Below are positions 27,324-40,511 of a stretch of DNA of 64,000 nt, piece by piece. Location: positions 1-64,000 of the forward strand of contig CAVSNY010000004.1 of the NCBI GenBank assembly GCA_963729605.1, in the 5' to 3' direction. A program made the translations under genes and the position numbers. Below the pieces are notes generated by a model. That model made no database searches. It saw nothing but the letters and a program-made list of their open reading frames with translations, and was not told the origin of the DNA. Origin of the DNA: an uncultured Gammaproteobacteria bacterium. GTDB lineage: Bacteria > Pseudomonadota > Gammaproteobacteria > DRLM01. The first letter of the stretch is position 1. Each line of letters begins with the position of its first letter.

Positions 27324-30300
27324 TCACAACGCGATTCTTGCCGCCGATTTTGTGTTGGAAGATTTTCCGAGTAAACGTTCGCGCATCTGCCGGAGTTCTT
27401 CACCGCTCGATTCTTGCAACGCCTCAAATTCACCGGCGATGAGCGTCGCCACCGGCACGCCGTCGCGGAACAGGATGCGGTTGCCGGCGAGGGCGGGGAC
27501 ACGTCGACCCGGAGTGAGTATGCCCACCAGGTTGAGCGGATCGGCGGCGCTGATTGCGATGAGGTCGCCGCGCGCGGGGCGTTTGCGGGACTCGCGCAGG
27601 CTGCCCACCGCCTCGGGCAGGGCGAATTGTTCGCCGGAAAAACCTTGCACGAAGCGGCCGCCGCGCAGTTCGCCGCGCGCCTCCATGCGGCGGTAGACGT
27701 ATAACAATTCGCGCCAGCTCGGCAGCTTGCTCTCGCGCTCCAGCAGTTTGCGGAACACCACGCCGTAGCGGCGCAGCAAGCTGCGGGCGATGTGCGCCAC
27801 GCGTTCGTCCGCTTGTTGCCGCGGCGAGCTGTCCGGCGCGGACGCGGGGCGGCGCAATAATTCCCAGCGGCCGGCTTCATCGACGCTGACCGCGCCGCGG
27901 CGGCGGCTGTGGCGGCCGAAGCCGGCGCGGCGTTGCGCGGGGGTGATCAAGGCGCGCAGCCCGGCGTAGCTGTCGGCGCTGACGCGGCCGCGGGCCGCCA
28001 GTTCGCCGAGGGCCTCTTCCACTTGGGTGTGCAACAGGCCGGTGTGGTGTACGAGATCGATGAAGAACGAGGCGCCGTGTCCTTGCAGTGTGTCGGCGAC
28101 TTTTTGCGCGGTGGCCGTGAGCGCGGCCGGTTCCGCGTCGGTTTCCGCGTCGCGCCAATATCTGATGTGCTGGCGCGGCAATAGGGCGATGGGCGTCATG
28201 CGCACCGGCGCGGCCTTGCGGGTGTCGGTGCCTTGGTCTTTGGGCGGCTGCAAACGCAGCCAGGTGAAACGCCCCGCGCCGCACAAGGCGTCGAGCATAT
28301 AGGTGAGATACATCTCGACGCGCGCCGGCAGGATCTCCGACTCCCACGCGGCGGCGGGGATGGGATAACCCTCCAATTGCAGCAGCACCGCCGCCAGCGC
28401 CTCGTTGCCTTCGCCGCGCGCCTCGCCGAGGTGTTGCCAGCGCAGCAGAAAACGCAGGAAGTCGGCGGGGCTCACCGGCTCGATCTCGCGGCGCAATTGC
28501 TGCACGGTGTAGCGGTGGATGCGCGCCAGCAAGCCGCGTTCGCACCACTCAATTGTTACAGCCGAAGGCAACAACGATTCCCCTCTCCCGCTCGCGGGAG
28601 AGGGGTTAGGGATGAGGGAGCTCAGAGTATCGCCTCTCATGCCTTCATTCGAAGGCAACAACGATCCCCCTCTCCCGCTTGCGGGAGAGGGGTTAGGGGT
28701 GAGGGAGCTCAGTGTATCGCCCCTCATGCCGCCTTCACTCTCGATGCCTTTGCCGCGGGCGGGAGAGGGAAGGCCGGCGGGAGACTGGATTTCTTGTCCG
28801 GCGCCGGTGAAGTTGCCCTGCAACACGTAGCCTTCCTGTTCGAGCGCGGCGAGGGCGAAGTTGATCCGCGCGAGCGGCACGCCCAGCGGCGCGGCGAGTT
28901 GCGCCGCGGTCACCGGGCCCAGGCCTTCGAGTCGGCTGCGCAAGATTTCGCGCAAGGCGTCTTCCATTATCAAAGTTGTAAGCGCGCCCGCGCTGACCGG
29001 CGCGATCGGCGGTGCGATCGGCGCGTCGGGAAATACCGTGAGTAATTCGGCGAGGCGTTCCGCCGCCACCCATAATTTTTCGCCGTGCGGCGTGGTCAAT
29101 ACGGTGGCGCGCTGTTGCGCGAAGAGTTGTTGTAAAAGCGCGTACCAAGGCCCGGCGTCGCGGCGGCCTTCCGTATCGCTGATAAAACCCAGCACGTTGA
29201 GCGCGTCGTGCAATTCGTCGGCATCGCGCGCCTCGGGCCAGGCCTCGGCGCGCACTTGGGCGATGGCCTCGGGATTCAGGCGACCGAGTTCACCGGCGCT
29301 TTGCGGATCGAGATAACGGCGCTGTTGCACGGCGAGGGTGCGGCGTTCCTCGGCGGGGGCGTCGTCGAGAAAGGCGTAAGGCTTGGCGCTGAGGATGGCC
29401 TGCGCCAGCGGCGAGGGACCGACGAGGTCGCGCGCCTCAACGGTGATGTCGCCGCGTTCGAGCCGGGTCAATAATTTTTCCAGGCCCTCGATGTCCATCG
29501 CCTCGTACAGGCAGTCGTTGAGGGTCTGTTTCACCAGCGGATGATCGGGGACCTCGCGGTCGCCGACGATGTTTTCGAGGCAGGCGAGTTGATCGGGAAA
29601 GATCACCGCGATGAGATCCTGCGCCGACGAGCGCTGCCACTGCGCGGGGATGCGTTTGCCGTTGCGACTGCGCGGCACGGCCAGCGAGATGTTGCTGTTC
29701 CAGCGCCAGCGGGTCTCGAACAGCGGCGCGTCGAGCAGGGCCTGGATCAATACCTCGCGCACGTTCGACGATTTCAGATACCCGGCGACCTCCGCGAGCG
29801 GAAAGCTGTGCGTCGGTCCCAGCGATAACACGATGCTGTCTTCCAGCGCCGCCGCCTGCAATTCAAAGTTGAACTTGCGGCAGAAGCGTTTGCGCAGCGC
29901 GAGGCCCCAGGCGCGGTTGATGCGCGAACCGAAGGGCGCGTGGATCACCAGGTGCATGTCGCCGGTCTCGTCGAAGAACCGTTCGAAGACTACGTTATGC
30001 TGGGTCGGGATCACGCCGAGCGCCGCCTGGGCGGCGGCGAGATAGTCGACGAGTTGCCGCGCCGCCGCGGGCGGCAGTTGCAAGGCGGCGTGCAGCCAGG
30101 CCGCCGCCGCTTCAGCGCCTTCATGCAATTTTTCATCAATGATTTCCCGCAGCCGCGACACCGCCAGCGACAATTCGTCGCTGCGTCCCGGCGCCTCGCC
30201 CAGCCAGAACGGCATGGTCGGCGGCTGGCCGTGGGCGTCGGCCACGTGCACCTTGCCCTGTTCGATTTTCAAAATGCGATAGGAGGTGTTACCCAATTGA

Positions 30301-32078
30301 AAGATGTCGCCGGGCAGGCTTTCGAAGGCGAAATCTTCGTTGAGGTTGCCGATGAACAGGCCTTCCGGTTGCAGCAGCACATCGTAATCGAACAGGTCGG
30401 GGATGGCGCCGCCGTTGGTGACGGCGACGAGCCGCGCGCCGCGCCGCGCGCGCAGGCGGCCGTTCACCGCGTCGCGATGCAGATAGGCGCCGCGCCGGCC
30501 GCGGCGGGTGGTGTAACCGTCGGCGAGCATGCGCAGCACGGCGGTGTAATCGTCGCGCGCGAGGTCGCGATAAGGCCAGGCGCGGCGGAAGCTGTCGAAC
30601 AATTCCTGTTCGCCCCATTCGCGGCTCGTCACCTCGGCGACGATCTGCTGCGCGAGCACATCGAGCGGATGTGAGGGAATATGAATGCGGTCGAGTTCGC
30701 CGCGCCGTACCGCGTCGAGCAACGCCGTGCATTCGACCAGTTCGTCGTGGGAGAGCGGAAACAAACGGCCTTTGGGCGTGGCATGCACCGCGTGGCCGGC
30801 GCGACCGACCCGTTGCAGGAAGACCGCGATGGCGCGCGGCGAGCCGACTTGGCAGACCAGGTCTATATCGCCGATGTCGATGCCGAGTTCCAGCGACGCG
30901 GTGGCGACCAGCGCGCGCAGCGTGCCCGCTTTCAAACGCTGCTCGGCGTCGAGACGGTGTTCGCGCGACAGGCTGCCGTGGTGCGCCGTGACGTATTGCT
31001 CGCCGATGCGTTCGGCGAGATGGCGCGCGGCGCGCTCGGCGAGGCGGCGGGTATTGACGAAGATCAATGTGGTGCGGTGTTGGTTGATGAGTTGTTCGAG
31101 GCGGTCGTAGATTTCGTCCCACACCTCGTTGGCCATCACGGCTTCGAGCGGCGAGTTCGGCACTTCGATGGCGAGGTCGCGCTCGCGCACGTGGCCGGTG
31201 TCGATGATGGTGCAATCGGTGTGATCCGGACCGGGCGGCGGTTCGGGAGGCGTTTGCATCAGGACGCGCTCGCCGGGTGTCGTGCTCCTTCCCCCCGCAA
31301 GAGGGAAGGCAGGGATGGGGGTAGCCGCGTCGCGTAACGGTGCGCCCTCTCCCTGGCCCTCTCCCGCCAGCGGGAGAGGGGACGCAGGGTTCGTGGTTCG
31401 GCGATGATCCACTGCGCCGATCAGAAACCGCGCCATGTCCTCGATGGGTTTCTGGGTCGCCGAGAGGCCGATGCGGGTCGGCGCGCGGCTTCGATGTTCT
31501 TTGCACAACGCGGCGAGGCGTTCCAGCGAGAGGCTCAAGTGCGCGCCGCGTTTGTTGCCGGCCAGCGCGTGGATTTCATCGACGATGACGCTGCGTACGG
31601 TTTGCAACAGGCGCCGGCCCGAGTCGGAGCTGAGCAGGATGTACAGCGATTCCGGCGTCGTCACCAAAATGTGCGGCGGCCGGCGGCGCATGCGTTCGCG
31701 GTCGCCGGGCGGGGTGTCGCCGGTGCGTACGACGGCGCGGATGTCGACGTCGGGCAGTCGCTGCATCAACAGTTCGTCGCGGATGCCGGCCAGCGGCAGC
31801 GCGAGATTTTTTTGGATGTCGTTGGACAGTGCCTTGAGTGGTGAGACGTACAGGACCCGCGTCTCGTCGGGCAGCGGCCGTTCGAGGCCTTCGCGCACCA
31901 GGTCGTCGATCGCGGCGAGAAAGGCCGCCAGCGTTTTGCCGGAGCCGGTGGGTGCCGCGATCAAGGTGTGCCGGTGGCGGCGGATCGCGGGCCAGGCCTG
32001 GATCTGGGCCTCGGTGGGCTGAGCGAAGTGCCGGGTGAACCATGCGGCGACGGCGGGGTGAAAGTCGTGCAAAGGCAT
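27324..32078 (-). CDS. lhr: Long-form Lhr DEAD/H helicase with two repeat-derived insertions
   Basis: [30 protein letters not shown]; C-terminal [18 protein letters not shown]. Confidence 0.95.
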   Translation of the reverse strand: MPLHDFHPAVAAWFTRHFAQPTEAQIQAWPAIRRHRHTLIAAPTGSGKTLAAFLAAIDDLVREGLERPLPDETRVLYVSPLKALSNDIQKNLALPLAGIRDELLMQRLPDVDIRAVVRTGDTPPGDRERMRRRPPHILVTTPESLYILLSSDSGRRLLQTVRSVIVDEIHALAGNKRGAHLSLSLERLAALCKEHRSRAPTRIGLSATQKPIEDMARFLIGAVDHRRTTNPASPLPLAGEGQGEGAPLRDAATPIPAFPLAGGRSTTPGERVLMQTPPEPPPGPDHTDCTIIDTGHVRERDLAIEVPNSPLEAVMANEVWDEIYDRLEQLINQHRTTLIFVNTRRLAERAARHLAERIGEQYVTAHHGSLSREHRLDAEQRLKAGTLRALVATASLELGIDIGDIDLVCQVGSPRAIAVFLQRVGRAGHAVHATPKGRLFPLSHDELVECTALLDAVRRGELDRIHIPSHPLDVLAQQIVAEVTSREWGEQELFDSFRRAWPYRDLARDDYTAVLRMLADGYTTRRGRRGAYLHRDAVNGRLRARRGARLVAVTNGGAIPDLFDYDVLLQPEGLFIGNLNEDFAFESLPGDIFQLGNTSYRILKIEQGKVHVADAHGQPPTMPFWLGEAPGRSDELSLAVSRLREIIDEKLHEGAEAAAAWLHAALQLPPAAARQLVDYLAAAQAALGVIPTQHNVVFERFFDETGDMHLVIHAPFGSRINRAWGLALRKRFCRKFNFELQAAALEDSIVLSLGPTHSFPLAEVAGYLKSSNVREVLIQALLDAPLFETRWRWNSNISLAVPRSRNGKRIPAQWQRSSAQDLIAVIFPDQLACLENIVGDREVPDHPLVKQTLNDCLYEAMDIEGLEKLLTRLERGDITVEARDLVGPSPLAQAILSAKPYAFLDDAPAEERRTLAVQQRRYLDPQSAGELGRLNPEAIAQVRAEAWPEARDADELHDALNVLGFISDTEGRRDAGPWYALLQQLFAQQRATVLTTPHGEKLWVAAERLAELLTVFPDAPIAPPIAPVSAGALTTLIMEDALREILRSRLEGLGPVTAAQLAAPLGVPLARINFALAALEQEGYVLQGNFTGAGQEIQSPAGLPSPARGKGIESEGGMRGDTLSSLTPNPSPASGRGGSLLPSNEGMRGDTLSSLIPNPSPASGRGESLLPSAVTIEWCERGLLARIHRYTVQQLRREIEPVSPADFLRFLLRWQHLGEARGEGNEALAAVLLQLEGYPIPAAAWESEILPARVEMYLTYMLDALCGAGRFTWLRLQPPKDQGTDTRKAAPVRMTPIALLPRQHIRYWRDAETDAEPAALTATAQKVADTLQGHGASFFIDLVHHTGLLHTQVEEALGELAARGRVSADSYAGLRALITPAQRRAGFGRHSRRRGAVSVDEAGRWELLRRPASAPDSSPRQQADERVAHIARSLLRRYGVVFRKLLERESKLPSWRELLYVYRRMEARGELRGGRFVQGFSGEQFALPEAVGSLRESRKRPARGDLIAISAADPLNLVGILTPGRRVPALAGNRILFRDGVPVATLIAGEFEALQESSGEELRQMRERLLGKSSNTKSAARIAL
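28563..28730. repeat. 87-bp-period tandem duplication of a palindromic element within lhr
   Basis: Units start at 28563 and 28650, each with CCCCTCTCCCGCTYGCGGGAGAGGGG. Confidence 0.92.
31285..31382. repeat. Palindromic element pair within lhr
   Basis: CCTTCCCCCCGCAAGAGGGAAGG and CCCTCTCCCGCCAGCGGGAGAGGG. Confidence 0.85.
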
Positions 32079-32334
32079 GGCGGCATGATAACGCAAATCA
32101 TCGCGTCAAATTTGCCGTGCCGCCGCTTTGAATCGTCGCGATATAAATAACTAATTGATTGTCAGGTGATAGTAAAGCTGGGCGCCTTACTTTGAGAAGC
32201 GCCGCGCAAACGTGGCTTGCGAGCAAGCGCATTTCTTGGGGTCGGTGGTCGTTTGCGAGTTACGGCGCAATGCGGATCGTATTGAATCTCAGGGTTGCTC
32301 GGCGCGCGGCGGTCGCCGGCATCGCCTCGGATTT

Positions 32335-32520
32335 TTAAGGGCGGGGGATGAGTACGATGGAGTCCGGCATTTCGGTTTTCACTTGGAACGGCCGCGCGCT
32401 GTGGGCGAAGCGCTCCAGGATTTTTTGCGCCTGCGCGGCGATGATGTGGTTGGCGCCGCGCAATACGATCATGTCCGACGAATAGAGTACGGTGAAATCG
32501 GGGTTGCGGTATTCTGTCAT
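32335..32520 (-). CDS. Small hypothetical protein (61 aa)
   Basis: GAGGA RBS, host-like codon use, downstream of the sigma54-type promoter copy. Confidence 0.55.
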   Translation of the reverse strand: MTEYRNPDFTVLYSSDMIVLRGANHIIAAQAQKILERFAHSARPFQVKTEMPDSIVLIPRP

Positions 32521-32620
32521 CGCATGGTCCTCAGTAATACTGCTGCGAGGTGTGGCTGGCCTAAGGGTGCGCGATCAGGGGTGGTCAGTCTTACCGGCCG
32601 CTCCCTCGCGGGAGCCGGCA

Positions 32621-32800
32621 TTGGGGCCTATATTCCTCCAAATTACATGCCAAATTAATTGGTGACCTATTCTCAATGGCTTATATTTTCAATGGCCGGC
32701 TGATGTAAACTCCGCCGACATCTTTTGCGGATTTATTTTCAATTTTAATGAAAGCAGGGACATGGCCGGTTTGTTGTTGTATTGCCGCGGCGGTTTTGAA
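32621..32800. repeat. Direct repeat copy 1 (promoter + first 13 codons of rlmM)
   Basis: Matches 34111-34300; core differs by 5 substitutions and a 13-bp indel. Confidence 0.95.
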
Positions 32801-32960
32801 CAGGCATCAAATCCCGACTGGCCGGAAAACTGTTGACCAATCGCTGGTTTCTGCACGCACATGAACCGCGCCTGCGAAATTACTTGGGGAAGCTCCGATT
32901 AATTCCCCAACCCGTCATTTACGCTTGAACCAACTTGCGGAGATGGGATGTCGAATTAAT

Positions 32961-33079
32961 GAGTCTTACGTAGTAACGTGACAGTGTTGTAGGAGCGAGT
33001 TTGCTCGCGAACGGGTACGCCACCAAAGCATTCGCCACTAAGGTGACTCCTATGGGAGTCACCCTATTATGTAAGCCTC
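32961..33079. mobile_element. 119-bp MITE-like element enclosing a degenerate REP pair
   Basis: TIR GAGTCTTACGTAGTA / TATTATGTAAGCCTC, AAT on both flanks, internal GTAGGAGCGAGTTTGCTCGCGAA. Confidence 0.7.
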
Positions 33080-33162
33080 AATAGTTCAGTCAGCCCAGCA
33101 ACGCCTCAGCCGATGAGAGACACGCAGCAGTGATCTTGCTGGACCAGTAGGAAGATAGAAAT

Positions 33163-34086
33163 TTAAGCTGCTTTTCTCCGTGCCACACCGATCAAACCCA
33201 GCAGACCGGAAATGAACAGCCAAGCGGTGGCCGGCAATGGCACAGCGGCGGCGGTCAGGAATTGGCCGGACGAGGACTCGTATGTGAGTCCGTTCAGGTT
33301 GGTGAAATTGAATGTTGCGGTGTTTGCGAAATCTCCGGTTTGAGCGACGATACCAAGCTGCTGGTTGAAGGTGGCGGTGGTCAGCTGCAATTCGATGAGA
33401 TACAGCTGGCCGGCAACCGCATTGAGACTGCCACTCAGACCCAGATTCACAGGAATCGAGTTGCCGGCCGAGTCCACGGTGCAGTTGGAAATGCCATAGA
33501 TTGAGCAGCCGCCTGAGCCAGCGCCACGCACGCCCTGGATGCCGTACGCAGAAGCAGCCACGTAGGGGAACGGCGAGCCCGAGCCATTGTAGGCCGCGAA
33601 CTGAATGCCGCCGGTCGAACCAAAGTAGCTGGTCCACGATGTCACGTCGTACACCCGCGCAGCGGATTCGACATAGACCATGCCTGCGTTATAGAGGTTA
33701 CTGAGGCTGCCATCAATATCGAAGGAAAAGTCCACTGTGCCGGAACCACTGAACGTTACGAATTCCCATCCTATGGTCATGGAGGTGAAGCCCGCAGTAG
33801 AGGTCGCATCGACTTTGAGCTCGCCGGTCCCGAGATCGACACTGGCGTTAGCGTTACCGGTTGATCCGGACACTGACGTGCTTGTTGCTATGCCAGTGGC
33901 GAGACTGATTGATTGGGTCGCGGGAGTCGGCGAAACGGTTGCGTTGATATTGGTGACGGCCTGTGCCTGCGCTTGTGCCCCCGATGGAAACACGAAGGGC
34001 GCGGCGGTGGCCGGCGCGACGGTGCCCAGTAACACGGCGGCAGCTGCAAATGTGAAAAATGAAACGGATTGGGAGCGGGGCAACAT
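33163..34086 (-). CDS. VPLPA-CTERM (PEP-CTERM-type) exosortase-sorted surface protein
   Basis: AAGGAGG RBS, signal peptide, Ser/Thr/Gly-rich body, VPLPATAWLFISGLLGLIGVARRK. Confidence 0.92.
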   Translation of the reverse strand: MLPRSQSVSFFTFAAAAVLLGTVAPATAAPFVFPSGAQAQAQAVTNINATVSPTPATQSISLATGIATSTSVSGSTGNANASVDLGTGELKVDATSTAGFTSMTIGWEFVTFSGSGTVDFSFDIDGSLSNLYNAGMVYVESAARVYDVTSWTSYFGSTGGIQFAAYNGSGSPFPYVAASAYGIQGVRGAGSGGCSIYGISNCTVDSAGNSIPVNLGLSGSLNAVAGQLYLIELQLTTATFNQQLGIVAQTGDFANTATFNFTNLNGLTYESSSGQFLTAAAVPLPATAWLFISGLLGLIGVARRKAA

Positions 34087-34110
34087 GAGGACCTCCTTGA
34101 TTATTCTTCG

Positions 34111-34300
34111 TTGGGGCCTTTTGTTCAAATTATATGCCAAATTAATTGGTGGTCTATTCTCAATGGCTTATATTTTCAATAGCCGGCTGGTGTAAACTCC
34201 GCCGACATCTTTTGCGGTCTGACGCGGTTTATTTATTTTCAATTTTAATGAAAGCAGGGACATGGCCGGTTTGTTGTTGTATTGCCGCGGCGGTTTTGAA
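34111..34300. repeat. Direct repeat copy 2
   Basis: See copy 1; runs into intact rlmM. Confidence 0.95.
34124..34207 (-). promoter_or_regulatory. Sigma54-type promoter with IHF-like site and upstream TGT-N11-ACA enhancer (PEP-CTERM box-like)
   Basis: Minus strand TTGGCATATAATTTGA (-24 good, -12 imperfect); CTCAATGGCTTA; TGTCGGCGGAGTTTACA. Confidence 0.65.
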
Positions 34301-35320
34301 AATGAATGCGCGGCGGAGATTCAAGGTCATGCCGCGCGTTTCGGGGTGGCGGGGTTCGTTAAGGCCAAGGCCGATACCGGGTTTGTGATATTTGAGACCT
34401 ATGAGGCGGAGGCGGCGGCCCATTTGCACGGGGTTTTGCCCTTCGCCGAACTGATCTTCGTTCGCCAGTGGTTCGTGATCACGGCCTGGCTGACGGCGTT
34501 ACCGGTCACCGATCGCGTGACGGCCATCGTGGCGGGCGCGGGCGTCTTGCCGGAATCGCCGCGGGCGGTGTTTCTGGAAACGCCGGATACCAATGAGGGC
34601 AAGGAACTGTCGGGCCTGTGCCGCGCCCTGCGCAAGCCCTTGGACAGCGCGTACCGGCTCAAGGCCGAGGTGGTCCCCGTCGCCGGCATTCGTCTTCATG
34701 TGTGTTTTCTCAGCGGCACCGCGGCCTATGTGGGTTACGCCGCAGTGCGCAACAGCGCGGCGTGGCCGATGGGAATACCGCGGTTGAAATCACCCCGCGG
34801 CGCGCCCAGCCGTTCCACCTTGAAACTGGACGAGGCCTTGCTGGAATTTCTCAGCCCGGCGGAACGCGAGGCGTTTTTGCGGCCGGGGATGCGCGCCGTG
34901 GATCTGGGCGCCGCCCCGGGCGGCTGGACCTGGCAATTGGTGCGCCGCCACATCCGCGTCACCGCCGTGGATAACGGCGCGATGGACGGCCGGCTCCTGG
35001 AATCGGGCTTGGTGGAACATGTGCGCGCCGACGGTTTCCGTTATCGTCCCAAGGAGGCGGTGGATTGGATGGTATGCGACATCGTCGAGCAACCGATCCG
35101 GGTCGCAGAACTCGCCGCGGCCTGGGTCGCGGAGGGCGGGTGCCGTCACACGGTATTCAACCTGAAATTACCGATGAAAAAACGCTACCAGGAAGTTCAG
35201 CGCTGCCTGGCGCAAATCCGCGAAAAATTGGACGGCGCGGGGCTGCGCTATCACCTGAGGTGCAAACAGCTTTATCACGATCGGGAGGAAGTAACGGTGT
35301 ATCTGCGGCGTGAAGGGTGA
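34262..35320 (+). CDS. rlmM: 23S rRNA C2498 2'-O-methyltransferase
   Basis: LYCRGGFENECAAE, APSRSTLKL, DLGAAPGGWT, QLYHDREEVT. Confidence 0.96.
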   Translation: MAGLLLYCRGGFENECAAEIQGHAARFGVAGFVKAKADTGFVIFETYEAEAAAHLHGVLPFAELIFVRQWFVITAWLTALPVTDRVTAIVAGAGVLPESPRAVFLETPDTNEGKELSGLCRALRKPLDSAYRLKAEVVPVAGIRLHVCFLSGTAAYVGYAAVRNSAAWPMGIPRLKSPRGAPSRSTLKLDEALLEFLSPAEREAFLRPGMRAVDLGAAPGGWTWQLVRRHIRVTAVDNGAMDGRLLESGLVEHVRADGFRYRPKEAVDWMVCDIVEQPIRVAELAAAWVAEGGCRHTVFNLKLPMKKRYQEVQRCLAQIREKLDGAGLRYHLRCKQLYHDREEVTVYLRREG

Positions 35321-35434
35321 AAATCGGCACGGCCGGCGGGCGGTGATGAGGAACTTGCCGGGTCGCCAGTGTCGGTGTGGTCGGCGGAAAATCTGAATTG
35401 ATGGGATAAACGAGAAAGATTAATTAAGAAGGAT

Positions 35435-35734
35435 TTAATGATTGAGTTCGGGCGTGGCGGGATCGGAGAATTTCCAGGTTTTACCGCCGTGATTGCCCAT
35501 TTCAAAATTCAGCAGCGGCGGATCGGCTTGAAAAAAAGGCAGGTTGAGTGCGCCGCTGGGCAGCGGTTCGGGCAGGGAATCCAGACGCATGCCGTAGCGG
35601 GGCGCCGCGGTGTCGCCGATGGGCACGGTCCAATAAAGCATCACGGAGGGTTCGGGCAAACTCTCGTTGGCCGGGGCGGTTGTCGCGAACGCGAGGCTGA
35701 TGACGATGGCTGTTAGGGGGATAATTTTATTCAT
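35435..35734 (-). CDS. Exported hypothetical protein
   Basis: Signal peptide MNKIIPLTAIVISLAFATTAPA. Confidence 0.55.
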   Translation of the reverse strand: MNKIIPLTAIVISLAFATTAPANESLPEPSVMLYWTVPIGDTAAPRYGMRLDSLPEPLPSGALNLPFFQADPPLLNFEMGNHGGKTWKFSDPATPELNH

Positions 35735-36004
35735 ACTGCTCTTTTTCCCTACACTCAGGAGACCACCCTAGCGCAACGATTTGACCGGCGCAAGCGTTTT
35801 TACGGCCTTTTCGCCGGCTTTTTTTCACATGTTCTGGAACTGTTTGTTTCAGCGTATATTCGGCTTAAGAAAGGGATGCGCGGCGGTGCGGTGTTTTCCT
35901 GGTGAAGGGTGTTATATTGCCATCGCGTATTCCACGCCTGTCCCTAGGATTTTTCCGGACACCCGTATTTACCCTCGTGTCGCCAAGGCAAACGGAGGCT
36001 GCCC

Positions 36005-38170
36005 ATGAATACCCAGCTAAGTTCCGATCTGCAAAAGATTACCGAAGCGCGCCATCACGATCCGTTCTGCGTATTGGGCAAACATGATCAAGACGGCCAG
36101 GTCGAGGTGCGGGCTTACATCCCCTCCGCCACCGAGGTGATGGTGGTGGAAGGCGAGCACAGTCTGCGGCGTATCGCCGATACCGATCTCTTCGAGTGGC
36201 GGGGTACGCCGGGCAGCATCCCGGATCGTTATCGTCTGATCTGGCGCGACAGCGAGCGCCGCGAACACATCGCTCACGATCCCTATAGTTTTCCGCCCCA
36301 GCTCTCCGATTTCGATCTGCATTTGTTCGGCGAAGGCAAACATTGGCATGCCTACCGTTTTCTCGGCGCTCGCCCCCACGAAGTGGATGAGGTGCCCGGA
36401 ATCTTGTTCGCGGTGTGGGCGCCCAATGCCGAGCGGGTGAGCGTGGTGGGTGATTTCAATCGCTGGGACGGCCGTTGTCATCCGATGCGGGTGCGCGGCG
36501 GCAGCGGGGTGTGGGAGTTGTTCATTCCCGATCTCGCGCCGGGGGCGGTTTATAAATACGAGATCCGCAATCGCAACAGCGGCGAGATCCTGCTCAAGTC
36601 CGATCCTTACGGCCAGCAGTTCGAGCTGCGCCCCAAAACCGCCTCGGTGGTGACCGCCGACAGTCGTTATCAGTGGTATGACCAGCGCTGGCTGGAGCGG
36701 CGCCGGCAGTGGGATTGGTACCATTCGCCCATGTCGATCTACGAGGTGCATCTCGGTTCCTGGCAGCGCGGTCCGGAAGGCGAACCGCTCAATTACCGGG
36801 AACTGGCCCACCGCCTGGTGGCCTATGTGACGGAGATGGGTTTCAGCCACATCGAGTTATTGCCGGTAACGGAACACCCCTACGACCCGTCGTGGGGTTA
36901 TCAGGCCACCGGTTATTACGCGCCCACCCGCCGCTTCGGCAGCCCCGACGATTTCCGCTATTTCGTCGATTACTGTCATCAGCACGGCATCGGGGTGTTC
37001 GTCGATTGGGTGCCGGCGCACTTCCCGAAGGACGCCCACGGCCTCGCGCGTTTTGACGGCAGCGCCCTTTACGAACACGAAGACCCGCGGCTCGGCGAAC
37101 ATCTGGACTGGTCCACCCTCATCTACAATTTCAGCCGCAATGAAGTGAAAAATTTTCTACTGTCCAGCGCCATGTACTGGATCGAGGAATTTCACATCGA
37201 CGGCCTGCGGGTCGATGCGGTGGCCTCCATGCTCTATCTCGATTATTCGCGCACCGAATGGGTGCCCAACCAATACGGCGGCCGCGAAAATCTCGAGGCC
37301 ATCGATTTTCTGCGCCAACTCAACACCGCCGTTCACGCCGCCCACCCCGGCATATTGATGATGGCCGAGGAATCCACGTCCTGGCCGCAGGTGAGCCGGC
37401 CGGTGCACGTGGGCGGGCTGGGCTTCGATCTGAAATGGAATATGGGTTGGATGAACGATACCTTGAGTTATATGGAGCAGGAGCCGGTGCACCGCAAGTA
37501 CCATCACAACCGGCTCACCTTCAGCATGTTGTATTGCTTCACCGAAAATTTCCTGCTGCCGTTTTCCCACGACGAAGTGGTGCACGGCAAACAGTCCATG
37601 CTCCATAAAATGCCCGGCGACGAGTGGCAGAAACACGCCAATCTGCGCCTGCTCTACACCTATATGTTCACCCACCCCGGCAAGAAACTGCTGTTCATGG
37701 GCACCGAGTTCGGCCAGGGGCAGGAGTGGAACAGCACGCAGGTACTCGATTGGTATGTGCTCGATTATCCCTTGCACCAAGGCATGAAACGCGCGGTGCA
37801 GGATTTGAACCGCCTCTATCACGGCAGCCCGGCCTTGTACCGTTATGAATTCGAATGGCAAGGTTTCGCCTGGATTGATTGCAACGACGCCGATCAATCG
37901 GTGGTGAGTTTTATCCGCCGCGCCGGTGACGACTTTTTGTTGGTAATCGTCAATTTCACGCCGGTGCCGCGCCACGGTTACCGCATCGGCGTGCCGCGCG
38001 GTGGCGAATATCGCGAGGTATTCAATTCCGACGCGGCTATTTACGGCGGCAGCAATATGGGTAATGGCGGCCAGCGGCTGCAAGCGGAGGAACTGCCGTG
38101 GATGAACCAGCCCTATTCATTGTCCCTGACCCTGCCACCCTTGGCCGGTCTGATCGTCAAGCCCTGTTGA
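36005..38170 (+). CDS. glgB: 1,4-alpha-glucan branching enzyme
   Basis: [47 protein letters not shown]. Confidence 0.98.
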   Translation: MNTQLSSDLQKITEARHHDPFCVLGKHDQDGQVEVRAYIPSATEVMVVEGEHSLRRIADTDLFEWRGTPGSIPDRYRLIWRDSERREHIAHDPYSFPPQLSDFDLHLFGEGKHWHAYRFLGARPHEVDEVPGILFAVWAPNAERVSVVGDFNRWDGRCHPMRVRGGSGVWELFIPDLAPGAVYKYEIRNRNSGEILLKSDPYGQQFELRPKTASVVTADSRYQWYDQRWLERRRQWDWYHSPMSIYEVHLGSWQRGPEGEPLNYRELAHRLVAYVTEMGFSHIELLPVTEHPYDPSWGYQATGYYAPTRRFGSPDDFRYFVDYCHQHGIGVFVDWVPAHFPKDAHGLARFDGSALYEHEDPRLGEHLDWSTLIYNFSRNEVKNFLLSSAMYWIEEFHIDGLRVDAVASMLYLDYSRTEWVPNQYGGRENLEAIDFLRQLNTAVHAAHPGILMMAEESTSWPQVSRPVHVGGLGFDLKWNMGWMNDTLSYMEQEPVHRKYHHNRLTFSMLYCFTENFLLPFSHDEVVHGKQSMLHKMPGDEWQKHANLRLLYTYMFTHPGKKLLFMGTEFGQGQEWNSTQVLDWYVLDYPLHQGMKRAVQDLNRLYHGSPALYRYEFEWQGFAWIDCNDADQSVVSFIRRAGDDFLLVIVNFTPVPRHGYRIGVPRGGEYREVFNSDAAIYGGSNMGNGGQRLQAEELPWMNQPYSLSLTLPPLAGLIVKPC

Positions 38171-38307
38171 GTGGCCCGTCGTCGCTTGAATAGCGCCGCG
38201 GGTCCACGAGCCGTCCTATTTATTGCGGACAGTCCACCGCCGGGCAAATGCTTGGTGTAAGGCTTGCAGGGATATTTCCAATTGTGCGGCAGTGACGGGC
38301 GGCAAGG

Positions 38308-40485
<2,178 letters not shown>

Positions 40486-40511
40486 AGAGCGGCATGAAGC
40501 GCCATCGTTGA

